Shown: in pieces, positions 40,001-48,457 of the stretch
How positions within the stretch are numbered: position 1 is the first letter of the stretch
Layout of the letters: every line of letters starts with the position of its first letter
Virus record (IMG/VR): IMGVR_UViG_3300044712_002699
Coordinates: 1 to 64,000 of that record
Length of the DNA: 64,000 nt
Strand: one strand, 5' to 3'
Source of the DNA: a virus
Program-made: the position numbers and the translations under genes
Notes under the pieces: generated by a model
The model's input: the letters and a program-made list of their open reading frames with translations, nothing else
Databases searched by the model: none
What the model was told of the DNA's origin: nothing

Positions 40001-43000
40001 ATAATGTTCGCCTGTATCAGGAGTGTGGGGGTCGAAAACCAGTCCATCGCTTGCCCTTGTGAGAAACATCTTACCGCGATGGTCTACACTTAAATTTTCC
40101 CACTCCTGCTGATCAGCAGATATCCATACAGGATAACTAGAATCAGAATACGATTGATAGGAATCTTGGGGAACTGTTAGAGTCCGTTCGTCTCGGTTCA
40201 AAAGAATACTTGAGCCACCAGCAGTTAAGGTCAGGTCAAGCCCAGGTGTTCCTGAGACCGAAAAGGACTGGGCAGTTTCGATAATATCACATGAAATAGC
40301 GCGCCCGAGTGAATTTGTGGTAATCTCTACTACGCCATAGTACGTGGCGGTAAAGAGATTATTGGTAGCATAATGCTGGAGAGGAAAATAGTTCTGAAGA
40401 ACTTCTCCAGTCAGATCGTCTCGATGCTTAACAAGGAAGGCTTTTCCACTGTACCTCGTCAATTCCGTATAGCCAAAAGCCCCCGAAGTCGAAGCCTTAA
40501 AAACTTTGTACTGAACAGTCTCCGAGGCTGTGAGAGAAAACATTGATGGGTGCATATACCCAGGAGCCAGAGCAAGCCCGCCCAGAACGATCCCTGTCAA
40601 AAAATCGTGAAACAACTCTGTAAGATTATTTGTTATACTTCCTAGGAGGATTCCGTCTCTATCTAAGGCATAAGAAATAGTCCCCAAAAAATCACCCTTT
40701 ATAACCCGTTCCTCGTCAACAATTTGAAAATGTCGTCTCCAATTAGACTCTCCGTACTGAACAGGTATGCCTGACCGGTACTCTTTAAAGGTCATAGCGC
40801 CGGGGTCATCAGCGGGACGTATCATAAAAGGAGGCCCGTCAATAGAAACGCTCTCAAGTATGTACTGATTACCCACATAGCCCAAGTCGAGTTCGTACCT
40901 TCCTCCAGGTCTTCCACAGTACTTCGCTGCTATAGTCTCAGTGAAGTTCATTTGTGTAAGTATTCGTATATCAAATACTCCACCTTCAATTTCTTTATAA
41001 TGATAACCCACGGGGGCATAAACATTGAAAGTGATCGATCCCTGCTCGAAAATTCTCTTATCTGATACAAGATCGTAGTATCTTGGCCCGGGAAATAGTC
41101 TTCTATCTCTGCAATGTAATGCCATCCCCTGCAAAATAAGGGAAGTGGTTCTAAGAGTGACGTGAATATCCCACTCAGTTGGGGATACTTGAGTCGCAGT
41201 CATAACCGGATTGTTATCCCACGTTCTCGAGTCCTTGAGACCTGAAAACTTATAGAGCCAATCGTTTATTGTTTTTGGTTCAATAAAAGGAGTTCCAGCT
41301 ACTTGACCCTTCCATTTCAGAAATTCATTAACTTTATCGACGGCTTCGTAGAGTTTTAGACTCAGGGGATATTCGGTAAAACGAAGTATCTTTACTTCTG
41401 CTTTCAATAAAAAAGCAACGTCGGTAAGTTCTAATGGATTGGTGCATACAGCGTAAATCTCATAGTAATCACCTGGCTCTAAATAGACGACGTTGGGGGG
41501 AACTTTAAGTTCATACTTCTCAAGGTATCCGGAAACAGGGAAATGAAGAGAAGGTAAACCTCCAGGTGGATCTGGTTCTCCATTGAGTCTCAACCCCACG
41601 GTACCTGTAAAAGGTCTATCCGCATAAAGGCTATAATATATCTCATAGTATCCGGCCTGCTTGATACGCATCTTCGAACCATCAAGCTCACAGTAGGCCG
41701 AGTTTTCGGTAACAGGTAAATCGAGGTCTAACACTACTCCTGGGAACACCCTCAAATTTAGAGACGTATCTCTACAAATAGCATCCCCTACTACGGGATT
41801 AACCAGCGTCGTCTGTCCGCCCTGTGTAAAAGAGGTAATCCTATTATTCTTTAAGTGAACGTCAACATTGAAAATATCCTTAGAAATAGCAGGCGATTCA
41901 ATGCTTACGCGCTCGCTGCCCCAAAGGTCTACCCAACCATCAGGACCAGGTGATCCCCCAGGACCTCCTGGTGGAGATTGGTAAGAGTTGTAAGGCACTT
42001 CGGCCCAAAAATCTTCCCACGCTCCAGCCCCATCATTGGGGCGATCAAAAACGGTTGATCGATGCGTCTGAAGACATTGGTAGACCGTAGTAACCCTTAA
42101 TACGTACTCGTCCTGTTCGTAGAAAAAGTCATCCTCCCACGGGTCCGGATCTTCTTTAAGATGTGGCCCCCAGTATCCTTGGTTAGCCTCCATCGAATAG
42201 GTAATTTTCCCCATATAGTAGGCCCTAAGTATCCCGTACACGCTATCGTACGGAAATTCTCTCGGCGGGTCTACAGTATCGGGGGTACCTTCATAGGGCA
42301 TCAGAAAAATCTGTCCGCGGTAAACCGGGTCGAAGTGTTCCCATGTAGGATCATCTAAGGCCATCCAAACTCGATAAACCGGATACTGAGTCGTAGCAAA
42401 AGTCAGTTTTTCTAATGTTCCGTTTGCTAAATTTTTCTGGATCGGAGGTCTCCAAGAACCTGATGGGGACATTCTAGCGAGTCGTTTAACCGGATATTTA
42501 AATCCTATCGACTTACGCTTGACCATCTTCAGTGGATTCTTGAAACTCTCGTTGTCATTCTCAACAACAACTAAATCTCGATAGACCCATTTATGTAACT
42601 GCAGGGTATACTTATCCGTCCCTTCAGTGTATTGAGGTTCATTGTTTGCATTAACGGTTAGGTTGACATCAGACCCATCCGCAATTTCCGTCTCCATAAT
42701 GTACTCATTACCATCTGTAAGTGTTATAGATGCAATCCCCAGGAATTTATCGGTAACTAGGGCGTGAGTAGGATCGGTTTCAAAGTCTGTCGCTTGGAGA
42801 CACTTACGCCCAACCAGAGGTATTGCTTCTGGATCAATGACCTCTACCAGCGAAAGATTATAAATTCCAGAAGTCAGAGTACGGTATTCACTCCGGAGTT
42901 GTATTGTTTTATCCAGAGTAATTACTGGCCTAAATAGGTGAGAATTAAAATGAAGAGGAATATACCGGCACTGTACTTGCTCACCCCCAATCAATCGAGA

Positions 43001-43993
43001 GGGAACATCTTCATTAGCATAAAACAAAACATATTCATCTCCTATCATTCTAGATTGGAGATAAGGTTCACCTTCTATGATAGTCAGACCATAAATATAA
43101 AGCCCGGTATTTGGATAACTGTGATTCGTATCTACATCGATAGTAACCTTTCCTACATAAAAAGCGTCCAGCGTCCTACCGTCTCTCAAATTAATTGGGA
43201 ACGGATTTCCGCTGCCTGTACTCGACGTCATAAGAATTAAATGACCCGACAGACCAGGCCATACCTCTTCCCACTCCGGTTGGCCGGAAGCTATAAAAAC
43301 ATTACAAGTCCCACTGGACGCCGGAGAAACCCCAAAGAAATCCTTCACCGAGGGCACTAGCGGTAAATTCAGAAGAGGATATCCGAAACGACAAAAGAGA
43401 TACTCATATGGTATTGAATCTTCTCCAACTTCTACCTGTTCACCTTCTTCTCCAATATAGTAGATTCGGTTTCTCGAACAAGCTAGTTTTCCATTGGTTC
43501 GGTCACTGTCTATATAAGAGGTATAGTCGTAACGAGAACCAACTAAATAACCAATAGTTGAAATAGAACCTAAATAACGACAAGAAATAGTTTTACCACT
43601 AACTAAAGGGATCTCCTTAATAACTTCTACCTGCTCTGAATCAGGCTCCATATTATCACTAAGAAAAAGGTTTAGCCGATAATAGCCCCACGCCTGATCC
43701 CCCGATGCAACGTAGACGTGATAGGTTCCTTGTTTATATTCAACAGGTACTAAGGCAAATTTAGACCCCACAGCAGTAAGATGAAGGATGGGTTTTCCTG
43801 AGTCACGGTTAGTGACATAACCCGCAGCCATCGGACTAGTTCCCAAATAAACGTTAGGATCGCTCTGATCACTAAGTATAAGTCCCTGAGGATCTTTTTG
43901 ATCCATATTAATTCGCGGGTCTCTAGTGTCTAGGAGCTGGATGTCCGGTACGTGCGTATATTCGTCAAGGATTTCGAATTCAGTTTTAGCCAT
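31004..43993 (-). CDS. Giant modular protein, paralog A (4329 aa), with glycan-binding-type inserts
   Basis: About 10-11 core modules, about 10 [VL]TF...W[ST]DW domains, a discoidin/F5-8-like domain (IDLGSG...IQGSND..W...AYRYYR) and a CBM5/12-like motif (W....Y....V.....YQCLQTH); SD GAGGAG. Confidence 0.82.
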   Translation of the reverse strand: MAKTEFEILDEYTHVPDIQLLDTRDPRINMDQKDPQGLILSDQSDPNVYLGTSPMAAGYVTNRDSGKPILHLTAVGSKFALVPVEYKQGTYHVYVASGDQAWGYYRLNLFLSDNMEPDSEQVEVIKEIPLVSGKTISCRYLGSISTIGYLVGSRYDYTSYIDSDRTNGKLACSRNRIYYIGEEGEQVEVGEDSIPYEYLFCRFGYPLLNLPLVPSVKDFFGVSPASSGTCNVFIASGQPEWEEVWPGLSGHLILMTSSTGSGNPFPINLRDGRTLDAFYVGKVTIDVDTNHSYPNTGLYIYGLTIIEGEPYLQSRMIGDEYVLFYANEDVPSRLIGGEQVQCRYIPLHFNSHLFRPVITLDKTIQLRSEYRTLTSGIYNLSLVEVIDPEAIPLVGRKCLQATDFETDPTHALVTDKFLGIASITLTDGNEYIMETEIADGSDVNLTVNANNEPQYTEGTDKYTLQLHKWVYRDLVVVENDNESFKNPLKMVKRKSIGFKYPVKRLARMSPSGSWRPPIQKNLANGTLEKLTFATTQYPVYRVWMALDDPTWEHFDPVYRGQIFLMPYEGTPDTVDPPREFPYDSVYGILRAYYMGKITYSMEANQGYWGPHLKEDPDPWEDDFFYEQDEYVLRVTTVYQCLQTHRSTVFDRPNDGAGAWEDFWAEVPYNSYQSPPGGPGGSPGPDGWVDLWGSERVSIESPAISKDIFNVDVHLKNNRITSFTQGGQTTLVNPVVGDAICRDTSLNLRVFPGVVLDLDLPVTENSAYCELDGSKMRIKQAGYYEIYYSLYADRPFTGTVGLRLNGEPDPPGGLPSLHFPVSGYLEKYELKVPPNVVYLEPGDYYEIYAVCTNPLELTDVAFLLKAEVKILRFTEYPLSLKLYEAVDKVNEFLKWKGQVAGTPFIEPKTINDWLYKFSGLKDSRTWDNNPVMTATQVSPTEWDIHVTLRTTSLILQGMALHCRDRRLFPGPRYYDLVSDKRIFEQGSITFNVYAPVGYHYKEIEGGVFDIRILTQMNFTETIAAKYCGRPGGRYELDLGYVGNQYILESVSIDGPPFMIRPADDPGAMTFKEYRSGIPVQYGESNWRRHFQIVDEERVIKGDFLGTISYALDRDGILLGSITNNLTELFHDFLTGIVLGGLALAPGYMHPSMFSLTASETVQYKVFKASTSGAFGYTELTRYSGKAFLVKHRDDLTGEVLQNYFPLQHYATNNLFTATYYGVVEITTNSLGRAISCDIIETAQSFSVSGTPGLDLTLTAGGSSILLNRDERTLTVPQDSYQSYSDSSYPVWISADQQEWENLSVDHRGKMFLTRASDGLVFDPHTPDTGEHYYAYYLGAMSYTINSFFDEEEQRYRYYPTEGVIIDRVDAGMDYYGGGSNPAYVNSQNPYKFIGPYRTKVANLDLISSRRFYTNVKKTIRYYKNTLLGVSLFDRGQRELWDIWVTPSLYGWEQAESYYNLSSSGGLFLTRASENFSFPISVDSENSVDAIKLGQAWIKFSRIQDTINYAMPTYQISEIEILEPYTKGLATHPVTNELYFSDPDLGIMEIGGSVIDVSYLTLNVPKTYQLPPIISYRGDTLSLSLPAEPKSGTYNVYLTGNEPEWEDQVLIGSQNSLILSSIEPDPGTDVITATVIGSRISSIPAVKLDNDLTYSKITGNSFRLWVTPSQDCDQIRFKFKSLNTSEPLVITRAYFGMANQGVLDEYDDIGPHFVNPPSKVPVTFNNGQPYLNLPPLSTIWSDWVSFSMTKGVRYIISWGGPTAGNTVVLNDSYKKNQLGAADYTYGFDYIYDLCDVSQIEVTPSSGVVDVREQVIISREAYGDICIKAFKTASNSATKIRFRFSTNITDVQSVRIKSAKFGLQSNIAFVFDPSLDPIPLTFAGYPSIDIDTYMQEFWSDWIDFDFSEQPPDSIYLLWWDGSLNNNFGSDLEIAYGREALDAEEDYSWNLVSSTTALDVSQIETSLDGEVTNNFARPVTGTGQAAATRRRVLYFDGSFSRVRFKVSAPPDIVSLICISEVYFGKQDSLASDPYCFASSPQKQPVTFNSSQRLIFLSDQDTEIWSDWINFDISSGNYVLSWDESSGDAYTNVETASVGSGYKSVSSSNSHMEEPPTDFTSLGIDWSAPLSSVEVDYDGSGIKRLHTFPITTGEGASERKKYHVRFVITDKYMGNGHIRLKLVNPEDATDDLTIQAMTVGITNGNLSTIFAGSIIPVTFNSGSAGVTLSPGESLWSDWVSITELSSDYGDPYLLIAIDTYEPLHGVATPYVYYTSGSGYANVDVPSFSYGSDTAWMDIIGIDLSSSAGGSGTVETIYQVNNDLSSGFPTYSYNFRAPWVAPRDAMGVRVRFGKDSASPMLLTSCYFGEVAPGTNYHFASTPSKIQLTFSGSSGKQLIGDLRSSWTDWGTFSIQKGKTYMVSYEGGYLGHRSSIAGGVYRYAFKKSGVWGVDSAEFPGGDYDNFYNLPVVGGFEYSDNQDLVGRINVGMYANSSPSPAVVSQSDGSNYAYRVYDDNTTTSNPISGSAPYWTKIDLGSGNARVVTKIRYMIGGSYYAPRDFAIQGSNDNSNWVNLYSTTYFNPSLGNYPEFAVLTFNNTTAYRYYRFYASARWYSYSISFNEFQLFETSSSTLPDRLSTLFISKDIVSRNTEFRIVIRPREAASRIRFLFSCPTSSVTDFSLSQCYFGQLSGSYAFAPDPLKSQVTFSSNEGLQISPGSSVWSDWVDFDISEDIEYLLAFDGSAVDFGFSSDFLTTFFESNSNQASEDVPRLSESSYTYSTFSEVEAFDGTDTASCHYDTLTASSASACHVRQVVSFVKDSDRVRFKFSLPCGSTKGYAIINQAYFGQRNYNYVFYTGKLPLTFSGGSQYVLDASVGKTEVWTDWLDYSVNTSYDYLISWDGYGLLNKDDVGEAYRNSSGNTTKKLDVSEIQVEESSQARTVFRANIVNSEFNSSEPVLIRRALNMYSSFSRIRFQFSVPPGSIVPANIYNCFFGVAEYSWSHNFTSTPGLVRRVTFSGQSSVVIDPRTTTTVWSDWISYAFPGPDTGWAYKTYLLSWDGYGIGNFCPEPRVFYFGSAANAATDEPSESFDTYTYGDVVSIESKKGGSVVTEFSRQIYTPSTNKTISCVQNIFTREEFKVVRFKFTIPPLAQEPLLISEVWVGEWGAFNTPPIEDPVVAQITFNEGQDTSLFLDLGSESVWSDWVTIPTEEAMSRLQLYTEGLSIGNRGSKEATYYKGGASEAHLDSVSGYGLYSPSASADITRIEVKDILEEEESTLTSADSINGWDSVSGTFRRFVDFTTSGNYIRFRFSRPYQDQDFSLNQAHFGYRDQDTYGFLTSPPKIRVTFGGVSGFTMSGTEIDVWSDWMRYDILQGHKYLLTWDGSAVGYLTAVPSARIGGVNRANIIDITEFDIKGIEYYEREVTSKLVGVVEVQMKEVNLGKSPLINVQRTETANSIVVGSPEDTSLGTLVTSEGVPFCLPQYLTDSVEETQYSSDTFNPLQVVEFDRWNKAAFAKQVDMKDGVYYIYQMADENFFYNITTETSDAGSEYDATNIVGYDGRIFLSQAEPDQYGYIYLTAPEATSFSWWNYPQLCSAFKIGTCKVGESVAASWITSKAELMPEIFIDPTVSQDEDATIGIYPDLDRTVPGGHYSLSDIRDWEIVVRNLTKHRIVLGYVGQLSSLRRQKMEQFGFSFLTLSDVPTHSWTSPVVVEGLSKEFYLVDNFTFYIIFVTEDGDLLLRGPGPKEVSGTCVDSSIKSLRSGVGKFRNPLRLIGGYPEVTKIDPGLAYYLYLAPSDPSWQDFSGQLFLSSESPSLFEGEYVLDSSITLAKALCIGRVSTTKELTLTSNYGNYIFDVFPGSDIQLKVGESSEDLYWEERLPQFEHHCLSDGAAVYSGSSPYNEYGDRVNPLLVGKVLLLFEDKPLALSLPGYETHFPAAERVDAGIYYIYRTVPDVRWMSFSDAAFLSMSPPDKSGEKSWSGFFETTEVRSWCVGKVILRYGPSQSLEQVYPGAAQILEGSDYLRIVSDNSLRYVDEDNWKKTIRATEVVLLGMSWSYSDGNGKPLFFDPLTSQISVVDEFLEGIYNVYVSSMELGWEDLSLDYIGSLFLCQAEPNTVGDILTSYIGSEQVQAWKVGRVQVTYFRASESQPESKFSGFGSTVVSGTNPIATETVVPDSGIRSFFSGGEVYIGAVMLPIYAEGKPIYLELQFILPPDLNNKDCVIQITSWCLDYTIDLDEYFVSGQPPPVIDNASFLLTQEIGLDDLMNSRIKMFKVTDNSGRIGQRQVNLGDSIIAKVVVKSNAVVSNKTLQIVPEPVISSLTFLFHPVESEEQG

Positions 43994-44016
43994 ATCTCCT
44001 CACTAATGCAATGAGG

Positions 44017-44517
44017 TTATTTAGAGGTATCTCGGACTTGAATAAGGCTCTTCTTATTTTTAGGCTGGAGTTTTGAGAGACCGGGTCTCATCGACCTCAT
44101 CTGGTTAATCTTGTCTCGCGGAGTTTTGGCACCTGCAACTCCTAAATCTATATCACCACTGAACCAATTTCGGTTATGATAATCTTGAGATTCCTTTCCG
44201 CCCACCTGGGTCGCTTGACCGGTACCTGTTGAGGAACCAATGGCATAGGCTTCTATCTCCTCTTTTTTGTAAGGCGTCTCCATGTCAACTATGGCCGTCT
44301 TTTCAATGGGAAAGTTATACCTCTTCGACGGATCATCGGGATCACGGCAAAGAATCGTTTTCTGCCCCACACTTAAAATTTCATAATATTTAGGATCATC
44401 TTGTAGAATATCACAAGTAATATATCTACCTTGGACGTAACCGCTCATGTCCATCGGGTTATCCACTATTCCGATAACGGTTTCACACAACTCTATAACA
44501 TCTTTGGCTCTGAGCAT
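44017..44517 (-). CDS. Hypothetical (putative internal head) protein
   Basis: MLRAKDVIELCE N-terminus; SD GAGG; YGTCTTTC motif at 44551. Confidence 0.7.
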   Translation of the reverse strand: MLRAKDVIELCETVIGIVDNPMDMSGYVQGRYITCDILQDDPKYYEILSVGQKTILCRDPDDPSKRYNFPIEKTAIVDMETPYKKEEIEAYAIGSSTGTGQATQVGGKESQDYHNRNWFSGDIDLGVAGAKTPRDKINQMRSMRPGLSKLQPKNKKSLIQVRDTSK

Positions 44518-44538
44518 TTTCGCCTCGAGAAGTTAAAA

Positions 44539-45624
44539 CTACCTGTAGAGGAAAGACGCGGACTGAATGATTTTTTCTTCGCTGCTGCGTCTGCCTGGTA
44601 CCAATATGAGATCATCATATCTACCATAATGAACCGATGCGTGACAGTTCCTACAAAGGAGTGCGCACTTATCAAGTTCAGGCTGTATGATGGTTTCCCA
44701 GTCTTTACCCCTAAGTTTTCCAATATTATATGTCTTGGAGAAAGAGTCTATGTGGTGAAAATCATACTTAGCGAAATCATTGGTTACAAGACCACAAATT
44801 TGACAACCATTTCCTATGTATTCGACACAGAGTCTTTTGTACATATTTGCTCTATCATCATATCTTTGTTTCCATTGGCGGTCTTCGGTAGGTTTTAATC
44901 GAGCAATTTGGCTGGTCAAAGAACTGTGACAGGAGGCGCAGACAAGAATGCACTTTCGAAGTTCTGGAACGATTATTGTGTCCCAATCTTTATAACGCAT
45001 TCCGGCAATGCCGTATTCTTTTTCTTCTGGATTTAAGTGGTGACAGTCATAAACTTCATACCACTCTGTTTTTAAGCCACAAACTTCACACTTGCCTCCT
45101 TTATGCAGAACTACTTTCTTCTTAAATTCGGCTATTGCGAGTTTGGTACCTGCGCCGTAACATGTTTTACATGTATTAGTTCTGCCGTCTTTGTGCCCGA
45201 CGTGTTTGCGAAACTCCTCTACGGGTTTTTCCAATCCACACTTTTTACACCTTTTCTTCCCATTAACTATCTTTGCCAAACAGTTTCGCCTAGCCGGATC
45301 CGGATGTCTTCCTTTAATACTGACACAGACTTTACATCTATTTTTCCGTTCGCCAGTTCCCGTTGTACTCCTGTGAAATTCCTCTAGTGGTTTTTCCAAC
45401 CCGCAATCCTTACACTTCTTCTTTCCATTTATTACCTCTGCCCGGTAATTTCTCCTAGATGGATGAGAAATCTCATAATACCTAGATATCGACTTATTAC
45501 GGCGACATGCTTTACACTCGTTTACCCATCCATCCTTACACCCTAATTGTTTATAGAACTCACCCAAGACTTTTTCTTTACCACAGTTACAACAAACTTT
45601 ACTGTTTAAGTGTTCCATATCCAT
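44539..45624 (-). CDS. HNH homing endonuclease with three zinc-ribbon repeats and two HNH-like domains
   Basis: CxxC..EK..EF...CKxC three times; two units of CxxCG...[CF]HH...C.L.CxxCH. Confidence 0.82.
   Translation of the reverse strand: MDMEHLNSKVCCNCGKEKVLGEFYKQLGCKDGWVNECKACRRNKSISRYYEISHPSRRNYRAEVINGKKKCKDCGLEKPLEEFHRSTTGTGERKNRCKVCVSIKGRHPDPARRNCLAKIVNGKKRCKKCGLEKPVEEFRKHVGHKDGRTNTCKTCYGAGTKLAIAEFKKKVVLHKGGKCEVCGLKTEWYEVYDCHHLNPEEKEYGIAGMRYKDWDTIIVPELRKCILVCASCHSSLTSQIARLKPTEDRQWKQRYDDRANMYKRLCVEYIGNGCQICGLVTNDFAKYDFHHIDSFSKTYNIGKLRGKDWETIIQPELDKCALLCRNCHASVHYGRYDDLILVPGRRSSEEKIIQSASFLYR
44551..44558 (-). promoter_or_regulatory. YGTCTTTC motif upstream of the 44517 gene and the giant-protein operon
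   Basis: GAAAGACG on +, inside the last codons of the HNH gene. Confidence 0.5.
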
Positions 45625-45647
45625 GACCTTATCTTAAAGAATTTAAT

Positions 45648-45655
45648 GAAAGACA
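45648..45655 (-). promoter_or_regulatory. YGTCTTTC motif upstream of the HNH gene
   Basis: GAAAGACA on +, intergenic. Confidence 0.55.
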
Positions 45656-45686
45656 CTTTCTATCTTAAACTTTCAAAAAATTTTTC

Positions 45687-45715
45687 TTGACAAGCGTTAT
45701 ATCTTGTGATATTAT
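45687..45715 (+). promoter_or_regulatory. Sigma70-type promoter for the ligase
   Basis: TTGACA-17 nt-TATTAT. Confidence 0.7.
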
Positions 45716-45744
45716 ATAATACAGATAATACTGAGGAGATTGCA

Positions 45745-47538
45745 ATGCTGACTAAAGAACAGCTCGATAAAGCAAGTCCAGTACAGTTGGATACCTTCAT
45801 CCGAAAGTGCTCAAAATCTTACTATGAGGGGAACCCGATTGTCCCAGACGATATCTTCGACTACGCGCTCGATCTCATAAAGGTAAAAGATCCCTCATCA
45901 CCTCTTCCGTACTCTATTGGACATGGTTATGTAGTAGACGGAACTCTAACCTTGCCTCACAAAGTTGCTACAAGCAGTCTTCCAAAAATACACAGTCTCG
46001 GAAAGGTTTCTAGTGATGCTTATGCTACCCCAAAGTTCGACGGCATGTCTTTTGTGGCTTATTACAATAAAGGCGAAATAGAGAACATTCTAACAAGAGG
46101 AGGTGACGAGGCAGCAGGTGAACCTATTTACAACCTTGCATACTTCTTCAAACAAAATGGACTGGACAAGATGCCCCCTGAAGTCTTTGCAATCTCAGGT
46201 GAAGTTGTGGTCAGGGTCAGCATCTTCCTCAAGAAAATGGACCAAGAAGTCGGCGGACCTTACGCCAACCCAAGAAGCGCAGCAACTGGTATAGCGCGCT
46301 CCAAGTTCCTTCATGAGTTCTATCAAGACTTGGAAGCCAAACCGTTTCGTATTCACTTCACTGACGGAACTCATGTCAGTATCAAAGATTCGACTTCAAA
46401 AGACCTTTTCTTCAAATACTGCAAGATTGATGTTCCATATATCCCCCTCGAAGGTGAAACCCTGCAAACTCTCCACGATTGGGTTCGCAAATTCGATTAC
46501 TACACCGACGGTGTCGTCCTAGAAGACCGGGAAGCCTTAAAGTTCCCTACCGAGTACAAGAAAACGACGATCAAACGGATCGTTTGGAATACCCCCAAGT
46601 CAGGTAACCTCATCCCCGTGGCCCACTTTGAAACGGTTCACCTTTATGGAACCAAAGTTTCTAAATGTACGCTCACTGCGGGTTCCTGGGTTATAGAACA
46701 TAAACTGGGGGCCGGTGCGATTATCACAGTCACTAAGGCAAATGAAATAATCCCCGAGTTCGGCGAGGCTATCGAACCGCTAGAGCGCGGTGAGATTCCA
46801 ACTGAGTGTCCGGCATGCGGGGGGCCTGTAAGGTGGGGCGTAAATGATTGGGACAAACTCCACCTTACCTGCAAAAACAGGTGTATGGTCGAGAAATTCC
46901 GAATTTTCACATTCGTCTTCTGCCATGCCGAACTCAAGGGTTATAGAAACTCAACACTCGTAAAAATCCTGGACGAGAACGACATCAAGACCTTTGATGA
47001 TTTCTTGGAAAAAGCCGGAAGTCTAGTCTCTGTCAATCTGACAGACCACGAAAAAAAATTTCTCGATTACATCAATACCCAGTTTCAGGGAACACTATCT
47101 CTTGAAAAGTTCCTGGACTCCCTCAACATCCAAGGTATAGGGCCAGAGTGGTCGGCGAAGCTGGCTCCATTTATAATTCCCTACCTCCACGGCGGCGGAT
47201 TATTTCCCTTCAATGTATCATCAAACGTCCAACAGGTTATAGACGAAAATAGAGATCTCATCTTGAAAACCTATAATCTCTTTAAGTGGGTTGTTGATGA
47301 CGGCAACGGTAAGAAAAAGACCCCAGTAACGATTACAGGGGCGTTAACCCTTCCAAAGGCTGAGTTCTGTCAGAAATATGACCTCGTCCAAGTAAGTATT
47401 GGTAAAGCAGAACTCCTCATTACTGCTGACAAATCCAGCACTTCAAACAAGACAAAGGATGCTATCAAGCGCGGTATCCAGATTATGACTGAAAGGGAGT
47501 TTTTGGCTTCTAGGAATGTAAAAATAGATAATCCCTAA
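45745..47538 (+). CDS. ligA: NAD-dependent DNA ligase
   Basis: KxDG motif (PKFDG); YYEG.P.V.D..FD domain Ia; LTRG; ANPRSAATG; OB domain (KANEIIP); Cys4 zinc finger; C-terminal BRCT-like domain; SD GAGGAG before 45745. Confidence 0.93.
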   Translation: MLTKEQLDKASPVQLDTFIRKCSKSYYEGNPIVPDDIFDYALDLIKVKDPSSPLPYSIGHGYVVDGTLTLPHKVATSSLPKIHSLGKVSSDAYATPKFDGMSFVAYYNKGEIENILTRGGDEAAGEPIYNLAYFFKQNGLDKMPPEVFAISGEVVVRVSIFLKKMDQEVGGPYANPRSAATGIARSKFLHEFYQDLEAKPFRIHFTDGTHVSIKDSTSKDLFFKYCKIDVPYIPLEGETLQTLHDWVRKFDYYTDGVVLEDREALKFPTEYKKTTIKRIVWNTPKSGNLIPVAHFETVHLYGTKVSKCTLTAGSWVIEHKLGAGAIITVTKANEIIPEFGEAIEPLERGEIPTECPACGGPVRWGVNDWDKLHLTCKNRCMVEKFRIFTFVFCHAELKGYRNSTLVKILDENDIKTFDDFLEKAGSLVSVNLTDHEKKFLDYINTQFQGTLSLEKFLDSLNIQGIGPEWSAKLAPFIIPYLHGGGLFPFNVSSNVQQVIDENRDLILKTYNLFKWVVDDGNGKKKTPVTITGALTLPKAEFCQKYDLVQVSIGKAELLITADKSSTSNKTKDAIKRGIQIMTEREFLASRNVKIDNP

Positions 47539-47591
47539 TGACTTTTTGACACGGATGCCTATATTAGTAATAAACTGCAATGGAGGCATCC

Positions 47592-47783
47592 GTGTCAAAG
47601 AAGTACAAACCTGACCCCGCTCAAAAAGAACTCTACAATACCGTTGAAGCCTGCTACGAGATGCTGACTTCACACGATACTCAAAGACTAGCAAACCACA
47701 AACTAAATGAACTTGTTGAAGAACATGGAAAAGAAACGATTGTAGCCCTAATGGAGAGGGTAAGAGATAAGAAGAAGAGATGA
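47592..47783 (+). CDS. Small hypothetical protein
   Basis: SD GGAGG then GTG at 47592; TTGACA at 47546. Confidence 0.6.
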   Translation: MSKKYKPDPAQKELYNTVEACYEMLTSHDTQRLANHKLNELVEEHGKETIVALMERVRDKKKR

Positions 47784-47808
47784 GAGAAGGCAAATCGCCT
47801 TCTCTCAT
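47780..47808. terminator. Hairpin between convergent genes (possible bidirectional terminator)
   Basis: ATGAGAGAAGGC-AAATC-GCCTTCTCTCAT, perfect 12-bp stem. Confidence 0.7.
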
Positions 47809-47813
47809 TATTG

Positions 47814-48395
47814 TCACAACACCGCTGAAGAATAGCGTGTTTCTTGAAAGGCATCGTCGAGATCGAATGGTAAACCGCAATCCTCTTGAGGCTCCTCTAA
47901 TTGAACTCTTGAGGGTAGCGGTTTTTGTTTTGGCTTTTTCCGCTTAACCCACGAACTGAGCGCTGTATCAAGAGCGTCTACGAGTGAAATGTCCTCTGAC
48001 GCGGATCGCCGTTTAACACTCTCCAAGAGACCCTTATCAACTGATACGAAAATTAAAGTATCGGATTTACCTCGCCTCAAGGATTCAGCCATCTTTTCAA
48101 TGAATCCGCGGATAATTGCTTCTTCCGTGTAAAGATTCTGCTTCGGTCTGTTTTGATCCGATACATCCATGAGCCAGCCCCGGTTGCTTGATATATACTT
48201 ACCGAGGCTTTTTGCCGTCCACTCTTTTCCCTTCGGGGCTGTCACTTTTCTCTCATTGAGACGATTTGCTGCTTCAAGAATAGGGAATCTTGAACTTGAA
48301 CACTCAATTAGGGCTTCCCTAATAAATGAAATCAGTCGCTCCTTTTCTTCGGAAAGTGAAACAGTTAAGGGAATGCTTTTTTCTACTGCATTCAT
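47814..48395 (-). CDS. Putative DNA-binding protein (recombinase-domain-like helix motif plus RHH-like segment)
   Basis: EAANRLNERKV.APKGKEWT; SD GAGGA before MNAVEK at 48395. Confidence 0.55.
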   Translation of the reverse strand: MNAVEKSIPLTVSLSEEKERLISFIREALIECSSSRFPILEAANRLNERKVTAPKGKEWTAKSLGKYISSNRGWLMDVSDQNRPKQNLYTEEAIIRGFIEKMAESLRRGKSDTLIFVSVDKGLLESVKRRSASEDISLVDALDTALSSWVKRKKPKQKPLPSRVQLEEPQEDCGLPFDLDDAFQETRYSSAVL

Positions 48396-48428
48396 TGGTT
48401 TCCTCTCGACAAGATTCATGATGAATAC

Positions 48429-48457
48429 ATAATACCAACCCACATAAACCTTGTCAA
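48429..48457 (-). promoter_or_regulatory. Sigma70-type promoter
   Basis: TTGACA-17 nt-TATTAT on the minus strand. Confidence 0.7.

Noticed and set aside
14396-43993. Diversity-generating retroelement acting on the giant proteins
   Set aside because: No reverse transcriptase in the window and no near-identical TR/VR pair noticed; the repeats are diverged and visible only at the protein level.
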